Positions 50,938 through 64,000 of a DNA stretch of 64,000 bases are shown in pieces. Below the pieces are notes generated by a model. The model made no database searches. It was not told the origin of the DNA and worked only from the letters and a program-made list of their open reading frames with translations. How positions within the stretch are numbered: the first letter of the stretch is position 1; each line of letters opens with the position of its first letter. Origin of the DNA: Callorhinchus milii (taxonomy: Eukaryota); the NCBI RefSeq assembly GCF_018977255.1, contig NW_024704743.1, positions 39,434,001-39,498,000 on the forward strand. Reading direction: 5' to 3'. The position numbers were made by a program, and so were the translations under genes.

Positions 50938-52137
50938 CTACAACAACAACAAAATTACATTTGTATAGCACCTTTCACAACAGGAGGATGTTCCAAGGCG
51001 CTGGATAGACAGCGTTTCAGATCTGAGCTGGGGCTCAGGAACGGGAAGGATGGAGGGCAGGGCAGGAAGCAGGGATAACGGAGAGGTGGTTCTTGAGATA
51101 GGTCTTGAAGGAGGCAAGGGAGGGGGCGAGGCGGTGGAACTGCAGGATGGAGTTACAGAGGGTGGGAGCAGAGTAGCAGAAGGCCTGGCCACCAATAGTG
51201 GGGCAGGCAAGGCGGGGGATGTGAAGCAGGCCGAAGCCCGCTGAGCGGAGGGAGCAAGTAGGATGGTAGGGGGTTAGGAGGTTGCAGAGGTAGAGTGGAG
51301 CAAGACCATGGAGGGCTTCGAAGGTGAGAATCAGGATCTTGAACTGTATCCTCTGTGTGATGGGAAGCCAGTGCAGTCGGGTGAGGATGGGGGTGATAGG
51401 ATTACAAAGTTCTGGATGACCTTAGCCTATGGAGGGAGGAATTGGGGAGGCCGACATGCAAGGATGTAATGAAAGAATGTATGAGGGTTAGCGGCCTACG
51501 GTGTGAGACCGTGGCAGAGCTGGGCAATGTTGCAGAGGTGGGGGAAGGCAGAACAGGTCATGGCATAGATATGGGGTAGAAGATAGTTGAGGGTCAAACA
51601 AGACGCCAAGGTTCCAGACTGGCTTAGTAAGATGGAATGTGCAACTATGGATGGTGATGCTGTCAGAGTCTGAGCCCTGACAGAAGGCAATCAGGAGAGC
51701 CTTGGTCTTGTTGACATTCAACTGAAGAAAATTAGTTGTCATCCAGGACTTAATGTCAGACATACATTCTGGAGTCCTGGAGTGAAGGGTGGAGGCAGAG
51801 AGGTAGAGTTGGGTGTCATCTGCGTACATGTGGAAGTTGACCCCATGTCTGCGGATGATGTCACCAAGAGGGAACATATAGATATTGAAGAGGAGGGGAC
51901 CAAGGACTGAGCCCCGATGACTGCCGCACAAGACGGTGCAGGGGCTAGAGGAGAAACCGTTTGTGGAGATGAATTGGAGGTGGTGTGATAGGTATGATCT
52001 GAACCAGTCAAGGCAGAGCTGTGAAGGTTGAGATGAGAAGAGAGGTGGTGGATGAGGATAGAGCGGTCGAAAGTATCAAAGGCAGCAGAGAGGTCAAGGA
52101 GGATGAGGAGGCAGAGTGAGCCCTGGTCACAGATGGA
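50938..52137 (-). mobile_element. L2 LINE RT to 3' end
   Basis: [47 protein letters not shown]; (AAC)n tail. Confidence 0.95.
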
Positions 52138-52479
52138 CAAATTGACAATTTCCCCTATGGCACTGTCATGTTAGGTTTAGTGTTGCTGCGATATACACAA
52201 GGGAGCCAGCAGGCTGCTTTCTAATATAATCTCCAGACATTCTGTTCGATTTGTACATTTACTTGAGCAGATAGATATCTCTGAAATTGTTTAACATTAA
52301 TATCAACGACTGACTTCAGATCTTCCCTATTGAAAGAGACAGACATATTTTCTTATCTTTTAGCTGGAGTCACCACTTTCTAAACTTTGCCCTAAATGCA
52401 AGGAACCCATTGAACACTGATTCTTTTTAAAGAAACAATATATTTATGAATGCAAGAAATAATTTCCACTAGTCAGTGA

Positions 52480-52812
52480 GTCAGAGTAGGGAGAAATTAT
52501 TTCCCCTGATCGGCGAGTCAGTCTCAAGAGGGCATCAATTTAAGAAGTGAACAAGAAATGGGAAGATTAGGAGAATGTTTTTCATGCGCAGAGTACCTAG
52601 GATATGGAATGCTCTGCTGGGAGAGTTAGTTGGGGCAAGATCCATACAGGCCTTCAAGAGGGAACTAGATCGATAAAAGGAGACAGCTACAGAGGTATAG
52701 GGAAAGGGCAAGTAAGTGGGCCTGAAAGGATAACACTTGAGGGAACCAGCATAGACACAATGGGCTGAATGGCCTTCTTCTGTACAATGAATTGCTATGG
52801 TTCTATTCTATA
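52480..52812 (+). mobile_element. CR1-type LINE 3' end
   Basis: 'RGHQFK', 'FFMRRVPRIWNAL', 'AFKRELD'; tail tgggctgaatggccttcttctg..ttctattcta. Confidence 0.85.
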
Positions 52813-54409
52813 GCTGTGGAAATATTCAAACAAAATGTTTGCTTGGACTGTGATGTAATTTAAAAGGTCTTTGAGAACACCCTAATGTGAAGGCATGTGT
52901 GCAGACAATCATCACCTTTAATCTAAAAATGTGGCCTTATAGCCCTTGCCATTTTAATCTCATTGCCTTTTAGTACTAAGAACTGCTATCTGGAGTTACC
53001 CAGAGTGGATTGAGGCTACATTCTCATTCTCTTTCGGAAGACAGAAATATTAGGAGGTGATAAAGACTTTTTTCAATTAAAACAAAATAAGTTTATTTAC
53101 AGAATGGAATTATTAAATAAGGACACGATTAACACATAGAGATCAAAGGATTGTAGAAAACTATAGTATCAACAATTGATTCAGTCCAATTGAAAGTCAA
53201 TATTTGTTGGAGATAATATGTTAAAGGTATGTTTTGTTGTAGGGTTGCAACAGTTTAACCAAAACTAATGAGCCATAGGGGACCTCTCTTATCTTCCAAA
53301 AACATCAGGTTGACAAGAATTTGTCTCCTTAATTAAAAAAACAACCTTGATCTAATCAAGGAAACATTCCATGATCAGAAAATTCCATTGTATATAGAAT
53401 GATTCTTGAACAAAGATGCAAGTGACTAAGTGTGATGATGTTTCACTTGGGTCTTGGTCTAATCATTTAAAATGTAACTAGCTCTATGTGTTTGCAACAT
53501 GTTGTAGTTAATATTGTCATTTTAACCTTTTATTAATTTCAGATAATTATAGTGACTCTCACGTTCCACCCCTCATTAGCTACCACTAAACAAGTATGTT
53601 GGACTTCTTTAATCTCTTCCTGTCTTATGCATGCTCCTGTTGTAGTCATTGTTGTCAGAGCACAACAGATTCCTTAATGTCAATTGTTTAGCCTCTTCAA
53701 GTAATGCATTTTGTACAATGCTAGGATTTCCCATTCTTGTAGGGTTTTCAATTGTAAACCTTGCATATACCAGTGTCAGTTATTCCTTGAGGAATTTCAC
53801 ACTACAGTTTTAGATTTGAGAGGGTTGTCCTTCCTCATTAGGTAGCTGCCTTAGGTTTTTCATTTCCTTTTCATTTTGAGAATTCCACATACAGCAGAAA
53901 GGAATCCTCTTACTTTCCTCTTCTAAGCGCTCTGAGACACTACCCTGTGTGAAGGGCACTAAATAAATGCAAGTTATTGTTGCAGTTGTTAAAGGGGGTG
54001 GATTTGTCATATGTGAGATCTCAGGTCCTTTAGACAGTTTATACAGTAGTGAATGCCTTCACTTGCTCAGAATGCTACATTTTCTTAAAAGCAATAACAC
54101 GATTTAATACTAGTGATAAGTAATGATTCCCAATCAGATAATGGGGTCTAATGTGCAGAGGTTTCTAATGGGGCCAATTACACTTTCAGAGTGGAGTTCT
54201 CATGGGTCATTGTGCTGCGTATCACTTAATTCTGGTTACTAGAAGAAGTGCCCACTCGGATCCTTTATTAAGAAATCTGATTAGACGTTGCCACATACAG
54301 TGCAGCCCCATTATGACTACAGTATTAATTTGCTTATCAATTGAAAGCATTGTGGACCCTATCTATTGGTTCAGCCTGCTGTCTTTCTGCATAACTGGCC
54401 AGTTTTTGT

Positions 54410-54557
54410 GCTAAAATTTCTGACTTCTCGGTCATTCGGTGTCCATTAACATCACTTCCTGCTTTGAAATGTATGCATAATAATAATAATAATGCATGCA
54501 TATAGTAGGAAGTGACATTAATGGCAACCTAATGACCTGGTAGTTGGATATTTTAGC
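54410..54557. mobile_element. Palindromic MITE-like element with central (ATA)n
   Basis: About 55-bp imperfect arms gctaaaat..ggtcattcggtgtccattaacatcacttcctgct and agtaggaagtgacattaatggcaacctaatgacc..attttagc. Confidence 0.75.
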
Positions 54558-54579
54558 TTCAATTTTTTTAAAAATAGTT

Positions 54580-54775
54580 GACTTCCGTCCTGGGGTCCTG
54601 GCCAATAATCCGCCAGATAAAACTGATCATTCGCTTCATGGTTATAGGACAGTGCTGTGTGTAAATTGGCTGCTGTGTTTGTCTACAAAATAGAGCCACT
54701 ACACTTTCCAGTATATCATGTGAAGAGGCATTCTCCTGATCTGAAAGGCACCATATCACGTACAAGGATTATTAA
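54580..54775 (+). mobile_element. Deu-type SINE 3' part
   Basis: ggggtcctggccaataatcc..gctgtgtgtaaattggctgctgtgttt..tail. Confidence 0.75.
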
Positions 54776-56239
54776 TATCATCAATATACAGTGTAAGTAA
54801 CACTGGTGAAACCATGGATTCCTGAGGAGAGCCAGGATTAGCGAGCTGATGTAATGCCATGTATCTGTTCTTTCTGATCTTTCAGCCAGTTTTCAATCCA
54901 CTTCCAAAGTTCTCTATTCTGTACCTTCTGACCTTGCAGACCAATATCTCCTTCCTGTTGCCCATTTACACCATTCTCTGAAGATGCTTGACTGTCAATG
55001 TTAATTGTTGCATCACAGTGAAAACTCTTCTAGTATCACTTTTGACTCCTTTAACCTATAGTAAGACAAAATAGAGTATTTACTGATGTACAGTATTAAA
55101 CAATAATGAAAGCCAGACATTCTTTGTAAACATCCTTGTAATAGATTAAATGTCATAGTCTTTTTCCGGCCCTGCACATTCCTATGTTTCTAAGTAAGGT
55201 TTAACATTGGTCTGTCATCATCACCTTATTCACGCACATTGTATATCATCAGGAAACAGAGTAAGCAGTGTAACCACAGTTATTTACTGCTGAGTAACGT
55301 TTAGAGAATATAATTAGTTTGATGTTAGACAGGATGCATGGTGGAGCACAACAGATTTAGTATCTACTGAGAGCCAGGACTTTACTGAGCTGGGCTTCCC
55401 AGCATAATGGGCTAACTGAATGACTAGGAATGCCTAACCAGTGCATCTGGAGGTCAATGGAACTATTACATTGGTAGACAACATTAAACAGAGTGGATAT
55501 CAAGATCTGTTTGAAGGATACGCTTGCCTTGTGGAACGTGGCTGTGCTCTGTTTTAAATCAACAATACAGCCAATGGCACTTTTAGCAGCAGCTCAGATT
55601 TTGTTTGGGTTAACAGTTAATTTCTCCTATAGGCATGGGAATGGGGTTAGTCTTTAAAGAAATTTGTTTACCGTTTTGATTTATGGCAGCTTGACATTCA
55701 GTGTATTCATTCTTCATTCCTGAGGTGCTCGAAAAATACTCTTCGGTTAATGACCACAGAAATACTGTGTTCAGCAAGATGCCAGATTAGGGCCATAACT
55801 TCACTCCCAATGAGTATTCTTTTCACTGCATTTTTCCCCCCAGCAGAAGAAAAGAAGAGCTTCCTTAATATGGAAAACCTCTAGAGAGAGGTCTAGGCTA
55901 GAGAGTTCTATTCAGTGCAATTTATTAGAGTGAAGCAGTTTGATCTCTAAAACAGAAAAAATGTTCAGTGTGGGCCATAAAATAATAATCCTTGGGAAGG
56001 TAGGTTGGTCTTGGAACAGAAACTTTTTTTGGAAGAATGTGACAATCTCCAATATCTGAATGGGCATAACATAAGCAAACCTAGATAAGCAGACGAGAAG
56101 GACACAACTGTCTTTAGTACTACTGAGTAACACAAGAGAAAAAAACATGATTTTGCCATTGAGATTTGTCATTGACATCCCTCAAGATTGCAGAGTCTGC
56201 CAATAACTTCTGAACACAAACACAAAGAATGGCTACTTG

Positions 56240-56530
56240 AACAAGGTTGTCAAAGGTGCAATCCTTTGGATGAGATATTAAATCGAGTCCAGACTTTAAA
56301 GCAGACTTTAAAGATTCCATGGCACTATTTAAAATCAGAAAACAGTTTCTCACGGTGTCCTGGTCAACAATTTCCTAGATAAAATTGGTCATTCCCTTCA
56401 TTGCTGTTTGTGGGACATTACTGTGATCGCCTACAAAATACAATAAAAAAATTAAAGCAAATCCTGTGAAGCACTTTGAGAAGTTCTCTAAAGGTAAAAG
56501 GCACTATATCAAATGTAAGGATTATTATAT
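56240..56530 (+). mobile_element. Deu-type SINE
   Basis: tcctttggatgagatattaaatcgag core and tail. Confidence 0.8.
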
Positions 56531-57827
56531 TATCATTATAAAGGAGGGCTGCCAGAACTGGTTCAATCATACTGCATCAAGAGTTGTCTTCAAGAGAAGC
56601 TGAAGGTGAGAATAGTCAAAAAAAATCTGTACAATACAATACTCTATTGGATAATGGTAGTCACTGGGAATATATGGCTTCCTAAAATAATAGGATGATC
56701 TGTGCCATATTTTAGTGTAGAATGGTTCAGCTTCCTTTCCCTGAAATCTGGAAAATGGAAACATAGTAACAGGAATAAACTTTTCAGCCCAGTACTGCCA
56801 TTTTATTGGATCATCACAAATCTTTTAGTCCCATTTCCCTGAAGTTTCTCGAAGCCCCTTACTATCCAAATATCTTTCTATCACCCTTTTGAACATCCCA
56901 ATTGATTCTGCTCTATGGTCTTCTCTATGAGGTTGGGTTGAGGAGCAAGGAGAAGGATTAGAATTCAGTTAGATATCATTTTGAAATCTAATCTAGTAAA
57001 TGTTTTCGCTTGCACATTCTGTGTGTTATGGATCATCATAAGCATCTTATAAAAAAGCTGTGAAAGTCTCCTCTGTATTAGACATCAAAATAAAGTCTAG
57101 GACCTGTACTTGCCTGAAGACTGCCCTGTACGATCACCTGATCACAGAGTATACAGGAGGAAGCTGCAATCAGTCTGAAATGTGATACTTTACTCCATGA
57201 CATTTGTCACGGATTATGTGTTTCAACATATAAACATATAAAGAATAACAATTCTGAAAGTGTGTTTCAAGACAATGATAGTTATCTTAGGATTTGAGAT
57301 AAGGTTAATAAACTACTCAAGCTTCACCCTTACAGTTTATTATGTTATCATAGCCAGCCTTTGGGGTGTTACTGCCTTGTCACACTCTCCAGATTGTATG
57401 TTCTCCTATATTTAGCACGCAGAGCACTTCCTTCTGTCTTGGCCCCTGGTCAGCGATTTGCTTTTTTTGCTTGAGAGAATACAGCTGGCTATAGGTTGCT
57501 GAAACTGCCAGGAAAAAAAATCTTTGTTTTGTCAGTACTCTGCTGTTTGCTCAATGTGCAATTAAAATGTAAATTTTCATGGACTAGAGACACAACTCTT
57601 GAATGTTTATTGCAAAATAAGCTGGAAAATACTGATCACTTTGGGATTTTTTATTGTATTTACTATGCCAATTTATGTAAATGATTACCCTTTTCATAGA
57701 TGAAATCTATCAATATTAAAAATGCTATCCTGTGTGAAGGGCACAATGTACAATAAATGCAAGTTATTATTTTTGGAATTTGAATTATACAATACATGGA
57801 AAATCAATAACAAAACAATTATTATAG

Positions 57828-58200
57828 TAATAATAATCCTTGCATTTACTATAGCATCTTTTATGTTGACCGGACATCTCAACGTGCTTCACACCATTTA
57901 TTGTAAAGCATACTGACTCTTTTGTTTTGTCGACAAACACAGCAGCAAACTTGTGAAAAGTAATGTCCCACAAACAGCTGTGAAATGAGTGATCAATTTT
58001 ATATGGGTGTTATTCACCGGGACACTGAGAGAAACTCCCTTTGCTTTTTGAATAGTGCAATGAGATCTTTAACGTTTACTTGAACAGGCAGAAGGGATGT
58101 AATTTTAACATCTTATCCTAAGGCTAGCACGTCTGACAACCCTTACAACAGCCTTGGAGTGCCAACATGGAATCTGGACTGCAGTTCCAGAGAGTGGGGT
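57828..58200 (-). mobile_element. Deu-type SINE
   Basis: Reverse-complement tail and core. Confidence 0.78.
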
Positions 58201-59034
58201 TAAATGTGAAAAAAACCTAATGGGAAGAACCAGGAAATGATTGTATTCTGCAAACACGTTTATTTCATATTGTATGTCTCTATAATGAACCAAATTGTTT
58301 TCACATCTTGCAAAGTCAGCTCCTTTGAAACCTAAATTGTATTTCAATTAATAATCTAAAGTGAAGTAAAATCAATGTTTTAATTGATGATTAATATAGT
58401 GTACCAGAGAATGGTCTCGTTATCATGGAGGAGCTATCATCCACTATTTTGCTTGAATGCCTAGCCTAAACTAAATGGCATTATCTTCCATGAGTACATT
58501 AATTTAGACATATAAAATACAATCATAATACATGCTCCTTCATTGCTAAGGGCTATGGGTGCAAATAGTCCTGACAAGAAAAGATGGTGAGCCTCAAGTT
58601 AAGTCTCTGAAGCTTTACAAATTGGTTTGGAGGATGGGGAGCTCCAAACAAGATGCATAATGCATATAGAATTTTGTGCTGATGAAATTAACACATGGGA
58701 ATCAGTGTAAAACCACATGAACTCTAGTCAGTAACTGGATCTCTTTGATTGAGCAATTTGATTGTCTGTGAGAATCATAGATATTTATATCACAAAAGGA
58801 GGCAATGGAAGCAAAAAATGTCATTTGTTTCAAGAACAATTTAGATTGATTTCTGATAAAAAATAATATCTAGGGATACAGTGTATAGTTTGAGACACAA
58901 CATGTCAAGCGATTGCCAGGATGATGGAAGGAGAACTAGATGGACCTTGGTCTTCTTTCGCCTAGCAAATTCTTATGTTCTTTTGTTCTTATGAGGCCAC
59001 TTGGCCCATTGAGCCTATTCTGAGGTGGTTATTC

Positions 59035-60895
59035 AATCCAAGGTACTCACCAACCGACTCCTCCACCCTCCCTGCCATGCCTCGCAGATTCTTTCCTCTG
59101 ACTCTCACTTCGAGAAAATGCTGGACTTCCTCTAGTCCAAAATCGAGGGAATCCGCTCAGCTGCCACTGCCCCCTCAACTTCCATCCTCTCCCTACCACC
59201 ACCCCACACTCCGACAATTACCCATCCTTCCTTCCACACCTTTGAACCTGTCAACCACTCCGTTGCCTTCATAACCATATCCTCCATGAAGTCCATCACC
59301 TGCTCCCTGGACCCCATCCCCACCCCTCTTCTTAAATCCCAGCTCCACCTCCTTGCCCCACTACTTGCCGAAATCATCAACCTCTTTCTGTCATCTGGCA
59401 CTGTCCTTTCCCCCTCAAGACAGCTATTATCACACCCACCTTGAAGAAACCTTCCCTTGACAGCTGTCCAGCTCCCCAAGGCTATCCAGCTCCCCACAGC
59501 TATCCAGCTACCGGTCCATCTCAAATCTCCCTTTCCTATCCAAGGTTCTTGAGAGAGCCGTTGCCTCCCAGCTTCACTCTTTCCTCTCCTTTCACTCCCT
59601 CCATGAACCCCTCCAATCAAGTTTCCGTGCTGCCCACAGCTCCCACTGCCTCCTTGTCCTCCTCAACCTCTCCATTGCCTTTGACACAGTGGACCACTCA
59701 ATCCTCCTCCACCGCCTCTCCTTCCCCCTCAACCTACAAGGTTCAGCCCTTGACTGGTTCAGGTCCTACCTTTCACACCGCCTCCACTTCTTCGGAGAAA
59801 ATGGCTTCTCCTCTAGCCCCTGCACTGTCTTGTGCGTTGTCCCTCAGAGCTCTGTCCTTGGTCCCCTCCTCTTCACCCTCTGCATGCTGCCCCTTGGTGA
59901 CATCATCTGCAGACAGGGGTAAAATTTCCACATGTATGCGCATGACACCCAACTCTATCCCTCTGCCTCCACCCTGAAATCCAGGACTACTGGCGTCCTG
60001 ACCGACTGCCTGTCCGACATCAAGTCCTGGACGAGGGCAACTTTCTCCAACTCAACATCAGCAAGACCGAGGCCCTCCTGATTGGCTCGCGCCAGTGCCT
60101 ACGCACCTCGGGCGCTGGCAGCATAAGCCTCCATGGCTCCATGGCTGCACACTCAACCTCACTAAGCCAGTCAGGAACCTGGGTGTCTTGTTTGACCCTG
60201 AACTGTCCTTTCTCCCCCACATCCGCATCATGACCGGCACTGCCTACAACCACCACCGCAACATTGCCAGACTCCGCCACTGCCTCACTCACGCATTCGT
60301 CACATCAAGGCTCGATTACGGAAACTTCCTCCTCATCGGCCTTCCCAAATCTTCCCTTCACAAGCTGCAGATCATCCAAAACTCTGCAGCTCATGTACTC
60401 TCATGCAGACTCCGTAACCCCATCACTCCCACCTTCGCCCGACTCCACTGACTCCACATCACCCAGAGGATCGAGTTCAAGATCCCCATCCTCACTTTTA
60501 AGGCCATCCATGGCCTTGCCCCCTCCTATCTCTCTGACCTGCTGACTCCCTACCAACCTACCCGCTCTCTCCGTTCAGCGGGCTCCGGTCTGCTCCACGT
60601 CTCCCACCTGACCCGCCTTACCATCAGTGGCCGGGCTTTCAGTCTCTCTGCCCCCACACTCTGGAACTCTATCCCATGGTACCTTCGCCTCGTTCCTTCC
60701 CTTGCCTTCTTCAAGGCCGGTCTCAAGACCCTTCACTTTGATCGTGCATTTGGTCTCCCTCCCACCTCTCTGGCTTCCCTCACCCCTACACCACCCCTCC
60801 CCCATGCTCGGGCCCCGACACTTGACTGTTCAGCGCTTTGGGACGTCTTCCCGACTTGAAAGGCGCTCTATAAATGTAATTTTGTTGTTGTTGTT
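59035..60895 (+). mobile_element. L2 LINE, subfamily A, longest copy (about 1.9 kb; RT region to 3' end, frameshifted)
   Basis: [43 protein letters not shown] (mutated YADD), [10 protein letters not shown]; tail stem-loop and (GTT)n. Confidence 0.96.
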
Positions 60896-60907
60896 CATTC
60901 AACGGAG

Positions 60908-61560
60908 GATCCCGGGACCGAGCCAAGGGGAGGGGTGGGAAAGTGCCCAAAGGCGCGGTCGAAAAGAAAGGTCTTCAGCAGAGGCCTGAAAATGGGAAGG
61001 GAGGGAATGAGACGAAGGGAGTGAGGAAGGCAGTTCCAGAGCCTCGAGGCATAGTGGCTGAAGGCACAGCCGCCGAGGGTGGAGCGGAGGACTTGGGGGA
61101 CAAGGAGGAGGCCAGACCTGGAGGAACGAAGGCAACGTGTACTGTGCTGAAGAGAGAGGAGGTCAGAGGGGTAGGGGGGTGCAGAGGAGTGCAGGGACTT
61201 GAATATGATGGTGAGGATCTTGAAATCGATCCTCTCTGGGATAGGGAGCCAGTGCAGTCTGGCAAGGACTGGGTGATCGGGGAGCAGAGTTTCGTGCGGG
61301 TGAGAATGCGGGCGGCAGAGTTCTGAATGAGTTGGATTTTATGAATGGTAGTGGATGGGAGACCGGCGAGGAGGGCGTCAGAGTAGTCCAGCCGGGAGGT
61401 GACAAAGGCATGGACCAGAGTTTCAGCGGCTTTTGGGGAGAGGTATTGGCGGAGACGGGCGATGCGTCAGAGGTGGAAGAAAGCGGTGCTGGTGAGGGAC
61501 CGGATGTGGGAGAGGAAGGATAATTGGGGGTCGAACCTGACGCCAAAGTTGCGTACGGGA
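60908..61560 (-). mobile_element. L2 ORF2 3' fragment, tail-to-tail with the previous copy
   Basis: Minus strand '[17 protein letters not shown]', '[10 protein letters not shown]' and 'LHWLPI' coding remnants. Confidence 0.9.
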
Positions 61561-61823
61561 ACAATCCACTGCTCTGCTTTATCTCATATTCCTTCACACC
61601 TCCAGAGTGGGCATTAGTTAGTGCACAAACAGTGTCACAAACAGTTCTTGAGATACAGACTAGTATCATCCAACTTAATACTTCTGTTATCAGAAGACTG
61701 TTATCGGAATGATATTAACACTCTCAAGATTTTGTGATTCTTTTACAAGTAATTGTTCCAAGCAATTCAGAAGTGGCTGTGGTTTTTGCCAACAGATATC
61801 ATAATTGGATTTTCTGAAGATTT

Positions 61824-62114
61824 AATAATAATAATCCTTGCATTTGATATAACGCTTTTCACGTCTTCTAGACATCTCAAAGCGCTTCACAGAATAGTCG
61901 TTAAAGTGAAGTGACTGTATATTTGTGGGCGAAATGCGGCAGCAAATTGCGCACAGCAGTGTCTCACAAACAGTCGTGGATTGAAATGACCAATTTATTA
62001 TTGTTTTTTTTGAGGGATTATTATCAGGTATGTGGAGTAAGGAACCTTGCCCAAGGTTACACCCTGCTGGGAATCGAACCCAGGTCTCTCGCTTGCAAAG
62101 CTACAGAACTCCAC
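61824..62114 (-). mobile_element. tRNA-derived SINE, short variant (D-arm deleted)
   Basis: Reverse complement aligns with 1620-1935. Confidence 0.92.
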
Positions 62115-63196
62115 ATAATAAATATAATGAAAGTTATAAAGTTACATTTAACACAAAGATGTAAAGTTATAAGAGCACTGAGCTCGAAAATTCTGTAGGA
62201 CTTCTTCCTGGCAATTCGTTCTCTTGTCTTGGGATGTCCTCCTGACATGAAAGGCCCTACACAAATGTAATTTTGTTGTTGTTCTGATGTCTTTGACGCT
62301 ATCTCTGTTTCCTCAGCCCTTGATTCCTGAGGCTTTTATTACCACACATCAAACAGGCCTTCTCATTTGCATCAACCAGCTTTCACGCCTGTCAAAGTTT
62401 CAAAGGCAGAGGTTAGCTTAGCCCCATTGAAACACCTTTGTCACTACCCCAATATCTACAGTCATCTCTCACCATCAAGTCACAGAGTCACTACACTTTA
62501 CAATCTATTTTGTGAAGTCATTTGGGTTATGTTGCCGATGTGAAAGGAGCTATACCAAATGTAAGAATTATTATTATTATTAACATTATTATTAACCACG
62601 TATCTCCATGTATTGCCTACTATCCGCATATCTAATTAACCTATCTTGAATCGTTCGGCCTGGGGTCCCTTCAGTTGGAGACATCTGAAACATTTACAGT
62701 GTATATTCTATAGCCTGCATTCTGAACAGGAGCAGAGCAAACCTGAAGTTCTATAACAACTCTTAGTTCTCTTCTAGCTTGGTGTGAACATGGAGCAACC
62801 AGAGTCTATACTGGAAAGGCTCCTACATTTGATTCTCCAGTTTGTGTTGAACTGACTCATACATTGCTAATCACAGGAATAAGAGGGAGGCCAATAATGT
62901 CCCCACGAACCATTGGGCTAGTGACTGGGGAAATCAGCAGCTGATCCCATTTCTGATTCTTAGCCATTCAATCCTGCAGCAATTACCACCAGTGACAACT
63001 GCACAACTTCTTCCAAATGTTATGGTATAATGTTAATAGGTTTGTTACATAGGGAAAATGAAATGTATTGCTTTATGATGAACTCTAATTCATCAGTAAA
63101 GTTAGGTATTCAATACATTTTCCAAATTATCCAATAAGTAATGAGTACACAAATAACTTAAGCTTGTTAATGTTAATAAATCTTGCTGAAAACTGA

Positions 63197-63503
63197 TAAT
63201 AATAATCCTTGCATTTGATATAGCGCTTTTTACACCTTCAAGACTTCTCAAAGTACTTCACAGAATAGACTGTAAAGTGAATTGACTGTATATTTGTGGG
63301 CGAAACATGGAGCCAATTGTGCACAGCAGTGTCCCACATACAGTTGTGGATTGAAATGACCAATTTATTATTGTTTTTTTCTTGAGTGATTATTAGCAGG
63401 CGTGTGGGGTAAGGAAACTTGCCCACGATTTCACCCTGCTGGGAGTTGAACCCAGGTTTCTCACTTGCGAGGCGAGTGGTCTAACAACTGAGCTACAGGA
63501 CTC
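63197..63503 (-). mobile_element. tRNA-derived SINE, full length
   Basis: Reverse complement aligns with 1620-1935; anticodon loop ctcgcaa. Confidence 0.93.
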
Positions 63504-63769
63504 CCTTGGGAGAAATGTTGCTGGAATACAATACCTTTGGCTTGGGTTTGTGAATGTACGTTCATATATCAAAGGTTTGTTATCCATTTTGATTGGTAAG
63601 CAGCCATTGTTCAAGTTCTGCACCTCCAACTGTTTGTCTGAGCTGTGGACAGGAAAATGGTGGCAATGCTATTCCAATTTCATGCTGAATTGTATTGCCC
63701 ACTAGGAAGACCGCAGGGAGTTCTTGGTCCATGTCATCTACTTAGCGAGGGATCAAATCTAGCTTGTCA

Positions 63770-64000
63770 GATTTCAACTCTTGCTACTCAGTTCCCATTA
63801 ACTCTACAAGCCAATGCCCTAATGGGTAGGGTGGTCCTAGCTGGACAAGCAGTGAGACAGTTTGCCAGACAGCAACATCAATGGCAAACTATGCAGATTT
63901 AGTTGATTAAATTCCAGCAGTACCCCAATGTACTCTCTAGGGTCTACAAACCTTATCTCTCGCCAGTCTGTGCCGAATACTCTTCAGAATTAGGTAAACA
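63770..64000 (+). mobile_element. RTEX-like family fragment, cut by the window end
   Basis: Reverse complement of about 47440-47660; translation LTLQANALMGRVVLAGQAVRQFARQQHQWQ. Confidence 0.7.

Noticed and set aside
59035..60895. Active or domesticated reverse transcriptase
   Set aside because: Multiple frameshifts and stops, YADD mutated to YAHD, no endonuclease domain
1..64000. Excess of minus-strand L2 fragments as evidence for a plus-strand host gene
   Set aside because: My rough count (about 18 versus 11) is too weak, and the SINEs show no matching bias

Overview
Vertebrate, repeat-rich, apparently intronic or intergenic DNA. The repeat repertoire points to a cartilaginous fish, most like a holocephalan such as elephant shark (inference from recalled repeat families, not a search). 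I recognise no host protein-coding gene, true tRNA/rRNA gene or CRISPR array. Every protein-like ORF in the track is a decayed L2 LINE ORF2 fragment, a piece of a second non-LTR element, or a chance ORF in a SINE. The window holds: about 10 near-full copies of a young tRNA(Ala)-headed SINE (short and long variants); an older, longer Deu-type SINE family; over 25 fragments of at least two L2 subfamilies; CR1 3' fragments; two Penelope-like pieces with a degenerate hammerhead core; about 8 fragments of a CCHC-encoding, A-tailed non-LTR family (RTEX-like); and several palindromic MITE-like elements. I found no convincing new multi-gene system. The best leads concern retroelement architecture and local templated insertions. 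Repeat boundaries were read by eye and are approximate (about +/-20 bp).
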